Shown here: piece after piece, positions 48,301-61,600 of the stretch
How the letters are laid out: each line of letters begins with the position of its first letter
How positions within the stretch are numbered: the stretch's first letter is position 1
DNA from: Macrostomum lignano
Taxonomy: Eukaryota
Length of the DNA: 64,000 nt
Assembly (NCBI GenBank): GCA_002269645.1
Contig: NIVC01003390.1
Location: 4,228-68,227 of the forward strand
Direction: 5' to 3'
Notes under the pieces: generated by a model
Told to the model about the DNA's origin: nothing
Databases searched by the model: none
Seen by the model: only the letters and a program-made list of their open reading frames with translations
Program-made: the position numbers and the translations under genes

Positions 48301-50207
48301 TCGTTGTCCAGCGGCTCGCCAGAGTCGGCTGCCAGCTCGAGCAGGTAGTCATAAAAGTCGCTGGTGATGGTGGCCGTCCGCGCGGTCGGCACGATCTCGA
48401 ACAGCGCCATCCGGCCGGCGAAGCGCCGGTGAAACTGCACGCAGACCTCCTCGCGGGCTCGCGACTCGCCCAGGTGGCGCAGACGGAAGTCACCTGACAT
48501 CTGCAGCGTCACGGTGGCGCCGTCGCGCAGCTCGACCTCCACGCGACGGTTGCGCACCTCTTCGAGGACTGCCTCTGCCGCTGCCGCCGCTGCCGATGTG
48601 TCGCGCTCTCGGCGACGCCGGCGCAGCTGCCGCATAACCTCCTGGACTTCCGACTGCCTCGGCTGGTTCTTCTCCAGCCGGCGCCACTCCACACCGGCGC
48701 TGGTGGCATCGATTTCGAATCGCGGCTGCTGCGGCTGCTGTTCCCCCTCGCTAATTGGCGCCAGGCGCGCGCCGAGGGCCCAGCGGCGCCGCTCAAAAGC
48801 GGCAAACAGCAGCAGCTCGCCGGGCTCAGCGGCGTTCATCTCGGCGCAGCGGGGGAAACCGAGAGCGGCGCGGGGCAGCCACTGGGGGGAGGCCGCCTCC
48901 AGCAGGCAGAAGCGCGCGGGCTGGCGGCACTCGAAGCTGATGGACTTGCGGGTGAGCCGCACGGAGGACTTCTTGGCGTCCAGGGCGGCCCAGGCGGTCT
49001 CGGGCCGCTGCCGGCTCATAATGGCCAGGCGGTCAAGTATTTCCCGCCTCTCGGCGCCGCGCATCCAGTCGGGCAGCGGCAGCTTGACCGTCAGGCCGCG
49101 CCGGCAGGGCGGGCCGTCGTAGTCCAGGCTGTACATCGGGGACAGCGAGGCGATGTCCTGCGTCTCCGAGCGGTGCAGCTCGCGGACAAGCGACATGCGG
49201 TCTGGCGAGAACGGGATGATCTGCGGGTTTGTTCCCGGACGGGCAATTTAATTCTGAGTTAAGCTATGTTGGCCGCGGTTAGTACGTAACTAAACACTCA
49301 GCCATGTACATCGCGCACCATGCAAATACTCTGCAATGCAAACTGCGCATCTTCCTCACCGAGAAGTCGATGCGACCCGGCTCCGTGAAGGCGTTCTTCG
49401 GCACCCGCAGTGACGCCAGAGGGTCCAGCCGGAGTCGCATGATGCCCCCCTCCGGGGTCACCCGCACCGGCTCCTTCACCGGCGACAGCAGCGCCAGGTA
49501 AACCCCGGTTGTCTCCACCTCCACCGTCAGAAAGGTGTCATCTGCCGACGGCTGCGCCGCGGGCAGCTCTCGCCACTCCCCCGAATCGCCTTCGCTGATG
49601 TCGACCTCGCCGTCTTTAGCTTCGGCGCGGTGCATCAGCCGCAGGCGGCTCAACGGAGGATCCGGGCGTTTCAACAGCGGAAGCGTCAGGAGCAGCTGGC
49701 AGGGCAGGCGGCCGCGGCTGGTTGCTAGCACGTACACAGGCGACACCACCGACTCCAACTCGGCCAGGTCCGGACAGAAACCGGCGAGCTCGGCCGGCTG
49801 CACGGCCGCCACCTCCAGCGCGTCGGTGGGTCGGCCGAAGGCGCCCTCCGGGACAACGACGCAGCCGCCCTCCGGCAGCTGGAAGCGGCCACCGCGACGG
49901 CCGGGGTGCAGGCAGACGGAGTGACTGCGAAACAGGAACAAATGAGGAAGGCCGTGAAGCCTCTTGCTTTGAATGGTAAGGCCAAGTAATAATATAAAAT
50001 TTGATTTTGCCTACTGACAAAAGTAGTAAAATTCAGACGGACACTGCACTACTCACTCGAATTGGGACAAAACGGCCTCCAGGCCTTTTGGCTGCTCAGC
50101 TTCGCTGCCCACCAGCTGCAGGTGGTGCGTCTTGGCGTGGTGGCCGGACGTGGCCTTCGCCAGCGGCTGCCGCACCGCCGCGGGCTCTGGCAGAAGTAGC
50201 TCGGCGC
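45353..50207 (-). CDS. ZU5-ZU5-(UPA-like)-death domain protein (DTHD1/PIDD/ankyrin-C-terminal-like); 5' end not found
   Basis: Phase-consistent minus-strand exons: 50207-50057, 49924-49360, 49220-48256, 47920-47607, 45723-45353. ZU5-like PGRRGGRFQLPEGGCVVVPEGAF..VVSPVY..LTLPL and VTPEGGIMRL..LRVPKNAF..LSPMY..LTVKLPLP. Death domain LQHLAGRLSG..LAGQLGLPDSAI..LLLYWKR..VESLGDALDGLGRRRLA. Confidence 0.75.
46238..47572. repeat. 22-bp minisatellite (CAGGGGATTATCAGCAAACCTA), about 60 units
   Basis: Intronic array; it produces stop-free 360-570 aa pseudo-ORFs in all three + frames. Confidence 0.96.
47995..48235. repeat. Degenerate ~26-28-bp array built on CAGATTCGAACCCC
   Basis: About 8 copies of ATTCGAACCC in an intron of the death-domain gene. 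Confidence 0.8.
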
Positions 50208-50251
50208 CTGCAAGGGGAAGATGCAGCTGCACCTGTGAGCTCTGTTACTAG

Positions 50252-50600
50252 TCTGACCAAACTGTCTGACCAAACTGTCTGACCAAACTGTCTGACCAAA
50301 CTGTCTGACCAAACTGTCTGACCAAACTGTCTGACCAAACTGTCTGACCAAATAGTCTCTGACCAAACTGTCTGACCAAACTGTCTGACCAAATAGTCTC
50401 TGACCAAATAGTCTCTGACCAAACTGTCTGACCAAACTGTCTCTGACCAAACTGTCTGACCAAACTGTCACTGACAGCCAATTGTCACTGACAGCCAATT
50501 GTCACTGACAGCCAATTGTCACTGACAGCCAAATGTCACTGACAGCCAATTGTCACTGACAGCCAATTGTCACTGACAGCCAATTGTCACTGACAGTCAA
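50252..50600. repeat. Adjacent 13-bp (GACCAAACTGTCT) and 17-bp (GCCAATTGTCACTGACA) arrays
   Basis: Directly visible; the switch is near 50465. Confidence 0.92.
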
Positions 50601-51229
50601 TTGAGGATCTGTCTCATCGGAAAGGCTGCACAATTTCAATAAAAAATACGAGAAATTTGCACCAATTAAAAGTTTGACTCACTGGTCATGTCGAGTTCTC
50701 AGGCTTGAAAAAGGACTGAGGTAGTGGGCGAATATTTAAATCGATAATAAAGTTGCTGAGGCCCAGTTCACAGAGATAACGGCAGCAGTTCTCTAACACT
50801 TGACCTGGGCAGGCAAAGGGCCGGCTGCCTCTTTAAGTAGGCAGGGGCGCCGCCATTGTGCAGCTCAAGTAAACAAAAATTTGACAAGGACTCCTCCTCA
50901 CTCAGCCTTCAGCGGCAGCAGGTCTACCCGCCCTCCCCCACTCCCTGCCTGTCAACAGCTTTCCGCGCCTCACCTCAGGTGACCTCAGACATTGTTAAGG
51001 TCTGCTTTTGTGATGCCTTTGTGAGTTGTGAGCATTCAGGCCCGGCCAAGGACACCCAAGAAATGAAACTTGGATTGCCGGTTTTTTTTCCAGACTGAAA
51101 TTTTTTTGAAAAATATTTCAAGGGGCGCCGCCATGGATTTTGTGGTGGGGGGGGGGAAGCCAGGAATTCTACATGCACATGTACTTGACTAAATTCTTAC
51201 ATGTACATTATTTTGAGAATCGGTGTTGT

Positions 51230-51710
51230 CATCACTCATTTTGGCGCCGTAGGCAACTCATTTTAGCGCAATAGACACTCATTTTAGCGCCACAGACACT
51301 CATTTTGGCGCCGCAGTCACTCATTTTAGCGCCGCAGTCACTCATTTTAGCGCGGCAGTCACTCATTTTAGCGCCGCAGGCACTCATTTTAGCGCCGCAG
51401 GCACTCATTTTAGCGCCGCAGGCACTCATTTCGGCACCGCAGACACTCATTTTGGCGCCGCGCACACGGGTCACACGGGGGGTGGGGGGACAAAGCATTG
51501 GCATGTCCCTGCATAGCTTTTACTGGGGGGGGGACAAAGCATTGGCATGTCCCTCCATAGCTTTTACTGGGGGGGGACAAAGCATTGGCATGTCCCTGCA
51601 TAGCTTTTACTGGGGGGGGACAAAGCATTGGCATGTCCCTCCATAGCTTTTACTGGGGGGGGGACAAAGCATTGGCATGTCCCTCCATAGCTTTTACTGG
51701 GGGGGACATG
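51230..51710. repeat. Adjacent 21-bp (CACTCATTTTAGCGCCGCAGG) and ~43-bp (GGGGGGACAAAGCATTGGCATGTCCCTGCATAGCTTTTACT) arrays
   Basis: Directly visible. Confidence 0.9.
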
Positions 51711-52674
51711 TCCGCGCACAACTAACCACTCGACGTCAAGTTAAACAAAAATATGTAAAGAACTGCTTTCAAAACTTTTATTAAAATCCCTGTGAGTACA
51801 CTGAACATACTGCTCACTGCTGGCTTCAGAATGCCTGACAGTGAGGGGTTTGGGGCCACTCCAGACACTTTGCTTAAGCCTCCACGGCCCGCCGGGCGCC
51901 CCCTCTCCGCCGGTGTTTTTAAAGCTGCGCAGTAAACAGGCAGGCCGGCCCCGGTTTTTCGTCCCGAAATGTTTTTGTTTAAGCAGAAGCGGATCGCGTA
52001 GCGGTGCTCAAAAATATTTTTATTTATAATTATCTGAGTAAATATAGTTATTAGATATTATTTTGTTGAAAATAACAGAAGCGACAAGCGTTTTTGAATG
52101 CAGAGACAGCATGGGCTGCTACAGACTTGTATTTTAAATAAATAGAGTTATCGGTTTCGTCTGCAAAAGCCCAGAAAAATAACAAAATATATGCTTTTCA
52201 TACTACTTGTTAAAGGACAGACAGTAGAGGACAGAGAAGAAAACCAAAATTATTGAGATGCTGATAGCTTATATTTTTAAACGATTGGAATTGTGGATTT
52301 AGGATAGAAAACGACAGTAAAATTCTCATAAGTAGTAAATAGCGGTTGCGAGTTAGAATTATTCTCGAGTTTCAGTAGTTTGTTCAAGCAACAAAAAAGA
52401 GAGTAGATTTGCAATCCAGAAGGTTATAGGTGTATATATATGCTTATATAAACTATTTCATATAGCTCGTAAATCTACCTTGAAATTGATTAAAATTCCT
52501 TGCGGCGTTACCAACTTTGTTCAAAAAGCTTTTAAGGAAAAGGCGCGAATTTAATTTTTTTCGCGTGGATATGATTTGATTTGCAATTGGAGGGCATTCT
52601 AGAGTTCAGATATGGCAGAAAATATCACGGAATCTGCTTTTTTCCTTATCGGCTTTGAAGAGGCCTCCAGTTTC

Positions 52675-55600
52675 TCACTCGGCTGCGACTTTCACCTTCT
52701 GCTGCGGCTCCTCCAGCTCCGGCGCTTCGACCTTGTAGGGCTTCGCCTTGGGACCGCCGCGCAGGTAGGTCTTGTTGATGAAGGCCAGCAGGTTGTCCAC
52801 GCGGCTCGGCAGGGTGACGTTGAGCTGCTCGTCCAGGCTCTGGTTGCGGTAGTCGGTGCTGGCCAGGTTGTGACCGAAGTAGGCCCTGGCGGCCCGGCTC
52901 TGGCCCAGGCCGACAAACATCATGGCCCTGCGGAGACAAGCGGAGGCAAGCTCCTTTGGAATGATTTTTCACTGATTCTCCATCACTGTGCTCAGAACTA
53001 CCCCTCAGGTAAACTACCCCTCAAGTGAACTACCCCTCAAGTGAACTACCCCTCAGGTGAACTACCCCTCAAGTGAACTACCCCTCAGGTGAACTACCCC
53101 TCAAGTGAACTACCCCTCAGGTGAACTACCCCTTAGGTGAACTTCCCCTTAGGTGAACTACCACTTAGGTGAATTTTCCCTCATGTAAACTACCCCTCAG
53201 GTGAACTACCCCTTAGGTGAACTATCCCTCAGGTGAACTACCTCTCAGGTGAACTATCCCTCATGTAAACTACCCCTCAGGTGAACTACCCCTTAGGTGA
53301 ACTATCCCTCAGGTGAACTACCTCTCAGGTGAACTATCCCTCATGTAAACTACCCCTCAGGTGAACTACCCCTTAGGTGAACTATCCCTCAGGTGAACTA
53401 CCCCTTAGGTGAACTATCCCTCAGGTGAACTATCCCTCATGTAAACTACCCCTCAGGTGAACTACCCCTTAGGTGAACTATCCCTCAGGTGAACTACCCC
53501 TTAGGTGAACTATCCCTCAGGTGAACTACCTCTCAGGTGAACTATCCCTTATGTGAACTACCCCTCAGGTGAACTACCCCTTAGGTGAACTACCCCTTAG
53601 GTGAACTATCCCTCAGGTGAACTACCCCTTAGGTGAACTATCCCTCAGGTGAACTATCCCTCATGTAAACTACCCCTCAGGTGAACTACCCCTTAGGTGA
53701 ACTATCCCTCAGGTGAACTACCTCTCAGGTGAACTATCCCTCATGTAAACTACCCCTCAGGTGAACTACCCCTTAGGTGAACTATCCCTCAGGTGAACTA
53801 CCCCTTAGGTGAACTATCCCTCAGGTGAACTACCTCTCAGGTGAACTATCCCTTATGTGAACTACCCCTCAGGTGAACTACCCCTCAGGTGAACTACCCC
53901 TTAGGTGAACTATCCCTCAGGTGAACTACCTCTCAGGTGAACTATCCCTCATGTAAACTACCCCTCAGGTGAACTACCCCTTAGGTGAACTATCCCTCAG
54001 GTGAACTACCCCTTAGGTGAACTATCCCTCAGGTGAACTACCTCTCAGGTGAACTATCCCTTATGTGAACTACCCCTCAGGTGAACTAGATAGAAGCATT
54101 TTTGTAAAAAATTTCTGCAATTAAAAGAGGCCGACTAGTACTCTTTAAAATAGCCAATTCCGCCGCAGCGGAGCATAGCAACAATTTTTAATTGCCTACT
54201 GGGAACAGTTGCTTTTCTATTAAAAGCCGGCCAACAGGCAGCCTAGCTGCATTAGCTATTAGCTTTAAAATGTCCTTGCCTTCGCATTGTCATTTCACTT
54301 GAAGCCTAGGGTAGGCAAATTGTAAGGCTACAAAGTCTGAAGCAGCTGCCGGGGGGGGCAACTTGGACCCTCAGAGGTTCCCTGTGTGGGCAGGCAGCTT
54401 GTCTCCATTTCTTTTTTGCCTGGGCTGGGGAGCAGCGTCTCAGTTTTGAGTCCCACCACGATGGCGGCACTCCGCAAGGAACAATACGAGCTAGGGGCCC
54501 TCCGCGACACCCCGCCTGAATCTTTTGCCCCACCTCATGCTGTCTCCGCATCTCTCATCAGGGAAGCCAGCACTGGGAAGACACTGGTAAAGGTACAGGT
54601 TCAGCTGCTCACGCAAGCGGAGCCTTTTGCATGCGTCAAAGGAAGTTTATTTTAGCAACTTGAGTGGGGACTGTTAAAAAGAGTAAATTCACCAGGAATC
54701 GCACTTAGAAACGGTTAAGTAAAGTCGGAGCCAGTGAATTGCGAATGAAATTTCTTCTACAACGCACTGCCTACAATCCTGAGGCAAATGTTTCCGCATA
54801 CAGACTGGGGCTAGAATGGCTTATACAGGGTATTTGCACTGACAATGAAAAAGCGGAGGCCGCACCGCCTTGCGGGTCATTTGTGTCTAGAGTCGGCACA
54901 ATGGGCATGCCAGGTTGTCTGCGGCACAACTGTCCCAGACCAGAAGCAGCCACAACCCCCTAAAAACTAACTGATGCACTCAAATCTAAGAATTTCGGTC
55001 GCTAGGCAAAAACTTTACTCACTTTTGCACCATAAAGTCGACCATCTCGTGCTCATTCTCCTGCTTCTCAACGTCGTCTTTAACCTTGGCAAAGGCCTCG
55101 TTCAGGATTGAGACGAACATATTCAGCAAGATGAAGATGACGAAGATGGCGTACATGGCGAAAATCAGAGGTCCCAAGATCGGCTCGGACTCGTACAGCT
55201 CGAGGAATTTGAACTTGCCCAGCGCGATCTGCATCAGCTGCTCCATGGTGTACAGGAAGGTGCTGTAGCCGTACAGACGCTGCAAGAAGATGAGATGGAA
55301 AGTCTGCACAAAGGCGCAGAACATGATGAAGAACATGATGAAGAATTGGCGGATGTCCTTGGCGGCAATGCGCACAACGTCGCCCATCATGCCCATGCGC
55401 TTGTTGAAGCGGAGCAGCCGGATGAACTTTAGCGTGGACACAAACACGATAAATGCGGTGAAGTACGTCAGGTACTCATTCCAGAAGGCCACGTACTGGA
55501 AGTTCAGATAGACGTTGCCACCATACTTGCTGAACTCTTCCGTTAGTTTCGAAGTCTCGTAAATCACGTAAGCATAGGCGGCAATGCTGAGCACGCTGCC

Positions 55601-58600
55601 GAATAGGATAAACAGTTCAGCAAGATTCCATATGCTCCAGAAGTAGGCCTTGCGCTGCTTGTAGATGTTGCGCAGCTCCTTGATAATCATTCCAAGTAGC
55701 ATGAGGCAGAAAAGCACCTGGCAGGCTATCTCGAACGACTTCAGGCCTGAACCCAGGAAGCTGAGCAAGTTAGCTGCTTGGAACCGGTAGATTCCAACCA
55801 TTCCGCCAGTGCCCGAGAGCTCAAATACGATGGTCCCGATGCCGAACAGGTTCACGTTGGGGTTGTAGAAGGCCAGGTCAATAAACACGGCCCGTGTTTG
55901 CCTGTCCAGCCACTGCAGTGTCTTCAGCTCGTTTATGTTAGCCTGCATGGCGCTAAGCGAGCCCCGGAACTGAAACACGTAGCCGCCAGAGGCATAGGTG
56001 TACTGCCGAGCCATGTAGGGCCCCATGTTCTTCAGCGCTGAGCCGCTGGTGAATTTGAAAGCCTCGTATTGCGGCTTCGATGAGGTCTTGTTCGGATCGT
56101 AAGCTTGCCACTTGGGACTGAAATCACTCTTCTCTTCGGCCGAGAAGCTGTAGCTCTCGACGCAGTGACCAACTAGATAGCGTACGCTGGGCAGCACCGA
56201 GCAGGTGTCCATGCGGACTCGCTTCTGCCGCATGATGGCGTAGCCGACCAGCCGGGCAACGCGGTCCCCGGTAAAGCCGCGCTGCAGCAGCGGTGGATCG
56301 TTGTTGTACCACGGCCCGGCCCGGATTCCTGGCATGAATTTGGTCTGCATCCAGTTCCAGAACTCTTCCTCGGTGGAGATGCCGGGGATGCCCTCGCCAC
56401 TGGTCATTCCCAAGTCGGGCAGAAGCAGTCTCTCCATCTGCTCCTTCAGAACGTAAGCGTTCGGATCGCGGAAGGCGAAGGTGACGAAAAGCAGCAAGAA
56501 ATAAAAGAGCATGTAAAAGCTGATTTCGCGAAGAATGTCGAACATTTTCTTCTCCTTCAAGCGTCGCTCCCGGGCGCGTTCCAGCAACTCTCCCGATGGC
56601 GGCTGGATTCCAGACCTGCACTGGCCTCTCTGTCCCTCCAAATCGTCTTCGTGAAGCCATTCCTCGTCCATTTGCAGCCCGTTTCGCTGACCCAGCTCAT
56701 TCAGCACCTCCTCCTCATCGTCCAAAAACTCCTCCTCGTCTACAGAGTTCTTTTTGCACAGCAAGGCCATAAAAGCTGCCATCATGAGCACTTTGAGCGG
56801 CTGCGACAACATCACGGAAGAGAAAAACGAGATGAAAAGCGAGGAGATCCACTTCTTGCAAGTTTCATCCCCAAACTGGATGCCATAGAAGGTGGTGAAC
56901 AAAGCGGAGACCGCCGTTCCTATCACCAGAATTGACCACGCAATAATGCGCACCCACCACGGAAAGCGAACTTGCTTCGGCAATTTTTTCTCCTCGACGT
57001 CCACTTGCCGAACTGACGCCGGAGGATTCACGGCTGCTGCCGGACTCTCGGCGTACTTGGCTCTGTCGCCCTGCTGCGATTCCTTGCCCCAGTCAGCCCC
57101 GTCGAAGTGGTCGTTGATGGCCTTCTTCAGCTGATTGATGTAACCAACTCGTAGTTTCGACCGACGGAACAGTTCCATGACAACAAAGAGCGGCAGGAAC
57201 GAGATCAGATTGGTCACGACACCCACATATATCATTCTAGGCGTCAGTAGAAACGGTCCGATTGTGAGACCGTCACTAGCAGCCGGCTTTGACGGGCCCT
57301 CCCTCTGGTAGAACATGCAGGTCGTCACCATGGACAGGAACAGGAGCATCAGGCAGCACGCCACGCGCTCAACCCTCGTGAACCGGGACTCCGGCGGTCT
57401 GGCCATGACAGAAAGCCACAGATGACCGTCAGTCAGTCGCTTCTTTGTGTCCATCGAGAACAAATAGCTGAAATCACCCAGTTCCTGGTTGCCCGCTACC
57501 GGTACGACCCGGTCCACCGCTCCGTCGTCTTCTTCGACCGCCATCCACCGGTTGACTACAAAGTGGTATCGCCGCCTTGTCTGCAAGTCAATAATAGACA
57601 CGTAGTTGCAGTACCAAGAGGCGGCGGAGCCTTCGCCGCTATTGTCGTGCCACAAACGGAGAAAGTTCAGCGATCCAAGAGGTCTGTGGAGGATATAGAT
57701 AAAATTAGGCTTGAATGGGTTTGGCTACTAAAGTGCGTAAATTAAGCAGGAGGCCCGTCTACGCACCTCTCCACGGCGAGCAGGAACCGGTCAACACATC
57801 CGCGCTGCAACACTTTTCTGCTTCTGTCCATCAAGTGTCGCGTGTCGGTCTCGTCACGTTCGCCGCTAAGGATGAAAAACACCTTGGAGTCGGTGCCGGC
57901 GCCCCGGCGCATGCCGGTGCTGACGACTATCTCGTACAGGTACTTGTGGTCCGGGTTGTTGTCCGGAAGAGGCGCCACTCCTAGCTACAAATAAAACATG
58001 CGATGGTTTGCGACTGGTTTTTAATAGTCACTAACCAGTTTTAAACCCCGCTCCTCTGCCCTGCCAGTGTCAACTTGGCTGAGTGCGTGAGATCAAAAAA
58101 CTCATTCTTACCTTTTCCAGATCCTTTTTGTCGGATCGACGCGCCCAAACAAAAACGGCAATGAAGATTACAGCGATGACAATCTCCGTGACAAACAGAG
58201 TCGGATTCTTGGTGAAATCAAAGTTTGAAAACACGTAGTTCCAATCGATAGTGTTGGGCGATTCAACCCAGCCGCCAGCGAACGAGGTCAAGTGAGTGCA
58301 CTGGCAGTGCGTGACGCGAACCGTTGTGAGCGGTCCGACCGTGCAACCTCCGGTATTCCAGGAGGGCTGGCCTGGCTTAATTGCGTAGCAGCTGGCGGAG
58401 AAGATGCGCACGGTATACTTGATGCTGAACTGGTTGGTGTACTCATAAGGAATCGAAGGCCGAGTGAGCGGACCGTAGCGGTTCCACTCCGCCTGAGACA
58501 TCTCCCTGACACCGAACTTGAGCTTGTCGATACTTCGATCCCAGTCGGATGCCGATTTTTTTACACGAGCTTTGGCTTCCTTGTACTCGGCATTGGTCAC

Positions 58601-61600
58601 AAAGAAGGTGAAAGGGTCCGGGTCGTTTGGTCCAGGCGTCTCGTTGCAGAAGCGCGTGTGGGAGGGGATCATGCCCCACCAATCAAAGCCCTCGCTTGCG
58701 TCTGTCAGCGATGGCGGCTTCCAGAGACGGCCAACCACAAGAAACTGCCGACAAGGAGTGACGCCAAGTGTGAAGTTCTCGAACCGCAGCTGGAAGTGCA
58801 CGGACTGGTCAGAGCCGGTCAGCTGGAACTCGTGCAGGATCAGCTTCTGCTCAGCAATGCGATTCTTGCCGAACGGCCCATCAGCGGTACCTGGGATTTC
58901 TATCCCCTCGGGAATGCGAGGTATCGGCTGCATCGGATTGGGATCTATGTAATTCGGCTCCTCGAACGTTGGATCTTTGCGCAGAAAGATGTCGAAGAAG
59001 CTGCTTCCCGTGTCAGTTACGGAAATTTCGGTGCCGTTTTCATCCGACAGGTTCAGCGTCACAACCTCCGAAGTGGTCGACACGCTGCAATCGCCGTTGT
59101 TGGTGGCGGCGCTGACGTATGGATTAGTCGGAGTTGCCATGGCAGTCAGGCTGACAGAGCTGCGTGCTCCGGTGCAGCGACCCTCCGGACCGCCGGTAAC
59201 GCTGCACATGTTGGTTGGGAGAGTGACCCTGGAACGACCCGTGCGCACCAGGCTACCGCTCAGGCTGGCGGGCTCGGACTTTTGCAGCACCAGACTGAGC
59301 TGAGACGATTTTATGTTCATTGGCTTGTCGTTCATCACTAGTTTAGAAGTCATCGACTTTGTCAGCTTGGTGATCGAGGACATACAGCTAGAGGTGACCT
59401 CGGTCGAAACCTGGGTCTGCACAACGCCGTTTGTCTCATCCACGAATGCGCTGCTGGCCTGACTCAAGGGTTTGTTGGCGAAGCCGTCGCGACTTGACTC
59501 CCAGTCGGTGTCGTAGTCTCCAAACGGGGTAGCCATGGACGAGCGCTTATCAGTCAGGGTTCCATGCGACACGTGCACGTTTGAGGCCTGGTGTTGTGCG
59601 GGTTAGTTATTGATAGGATAGCATTTTGTATTGTTCGAATTATCAACTGCAAGTGAAAAAGATAAGGATTCGAGTCGCCCTGTAAAGGGCGGGTACGTGG
59701 CTCACTGTAATTATTTGCGACAAAGTGGCCAACACGGGCATCGAAAGTTCAGTCAGGCGCTCCTTGGATAGAGAGCCGCTGAGGCCTACTACCGCATCGG
59801 CCACCTCCACGAGTTTGTTCTTGCAGTTTATCTACAATGTTTGTGGTTTGCATTGACTGTGGCTCATTTGTATTTTACTTCAGTATTCGGGCATAGTATA
59901 GGTATCTGAACGGTAACAGCGCTCACCTGCGTCGTCCTGGAGAGGTCGTCAGCGTCTGTGCTCACCACCTGTATCGTATTTGAGACTAGACGAATCTGCT
60001 CGTAGTTAGCGCAGGTCATGGTGGCGAAGGTCTCAGACAGCATAGCCAGGACCTGTGCGCGTTCGTCTCTGCTGCGTTCGTAGGCGTCTTTCTCCTTCTG
60101 GGACAACGACTTCAGTTTCTAGGATTGTTGCGCGGGATGTTTGCGGGTGAAGCTTGCATAATGTGTCTTTGTAGTGCGCGAGATGCAAGCTGCAGCGAGA
60201 CAGTTTTACAGCAAACATATTTTTGGACTGGATTCATTCTAAATAAAAGCGTTACTCAATACTCACGTAGCGCTGGATCGAAATTTCACATGGTTCATAA
60301 ATTTCTTGCTAATAGTCACTTGCGTTAGTTCAAAACTTCACTTTGTGACACTACAAAGTTACGAGTTTGTGAAGTTTGGTGTCTTCTACGATGTGAGATT
60401 CGAGCTCCTGACAGCAGCCCAAACCCCCCTCCACTCTAGCAAGAGAAAGATGCCACAAAGCTGGGACCCTCATTTTGCAGATTAGAAGCAATAAAAATGA
60501 TGGATCAGAAATTTTCAATTAAAAAAAGCAGATTAAAGGGGTCGACACTTCACATGAACAGTTGCACTGAACAATCAAAGCAAAGCAGTGTCCCGACAAA
60601 CGCAGCTGCGAGTGCAAGGGAAGGTGAATTGAAAGCTGACAATTCCATTAGAACTGACGAACCGCTGGGCGGTGCCGATAAAGGAGGCGCTTGCTACCAA
60701 GAGTTCATAAATTGTCAAATTTTATTTCCAGATGGTTTCGGCGGAAAAAATAACAACCAGAGCGCCTATTTTAGGGGTAAAAATGAGGTATAGATAATCA
60801 TTTAAATGCTCTCTATGTGTAACCAGTAGCAAAATTTCACACGGTTTGCCATCGGTGTGAGTAAATCCGCGAAAATCCGAATCGGAAGGGCAATTATTCC
60901 GGATAAGCCAAGGTGGAGTAGGTGGGGTCGAATTCGAACGCAGCATGCAGCAGTGCGCAGAGACTGTGACATCACAGTAGAAAGCGCGGGCTCGGGGAAG
61001 CGAGACAAGACAATGAAAGCGGATTTCGCGAGTGTCCGGTCTTACCCGGTAAGCGCCTCCGACGGGTTGGTTTTTTGATTTCTGCAAGCATTGGCAGAGC
61101 AGAAGCAAATTTGCATGCCATTTCTAAGTAGAAAGATGTCCGTCACGGTAGATACAAGCGTATAGAATAAAAAATTAATATAAAAATTTCGCAACTTAAA
61201 TAAAGATCTTCATTGCAAGGAGGCAAAATTGAGGGCATTCAACGAAATCAACTGGTGCACCTTGTCGAGCAAACTGTGATGTGTATCGGTGTTTCATGTG
61301 GAGCAAACTTGATTAATAAATACGATAAACATAAACTGCAGACTTTTACCTTTTCAAGCTAAAATTATGAATAGTATGTAATCTTATTTAACAATTCAAA
61401 GACTCGAGTTTATTTTGATTTTTTAACCCACGGAAAACTGCAGCAGAGGGACACTACACTCGATTTTCTTCGAAATTTCTCGAAAAACTGGATCGAGTGT
61501 AGCGGGCCCTGTTCAGCTGTCCATGTGTCAACCACCATCCAGTATCAGCTTTCCCTAGAAGGCCGTAGAGAGAAGGCCGGTGTGTCCCTTGGCGAGCCCG

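Noticed and set aside
54300-54963. Short ORFs in the last PKD1-like intron as an extra exon or TE gene
   Set aside because: The flanking PKD exons already join in phase, and no domain similarity is recognisable.
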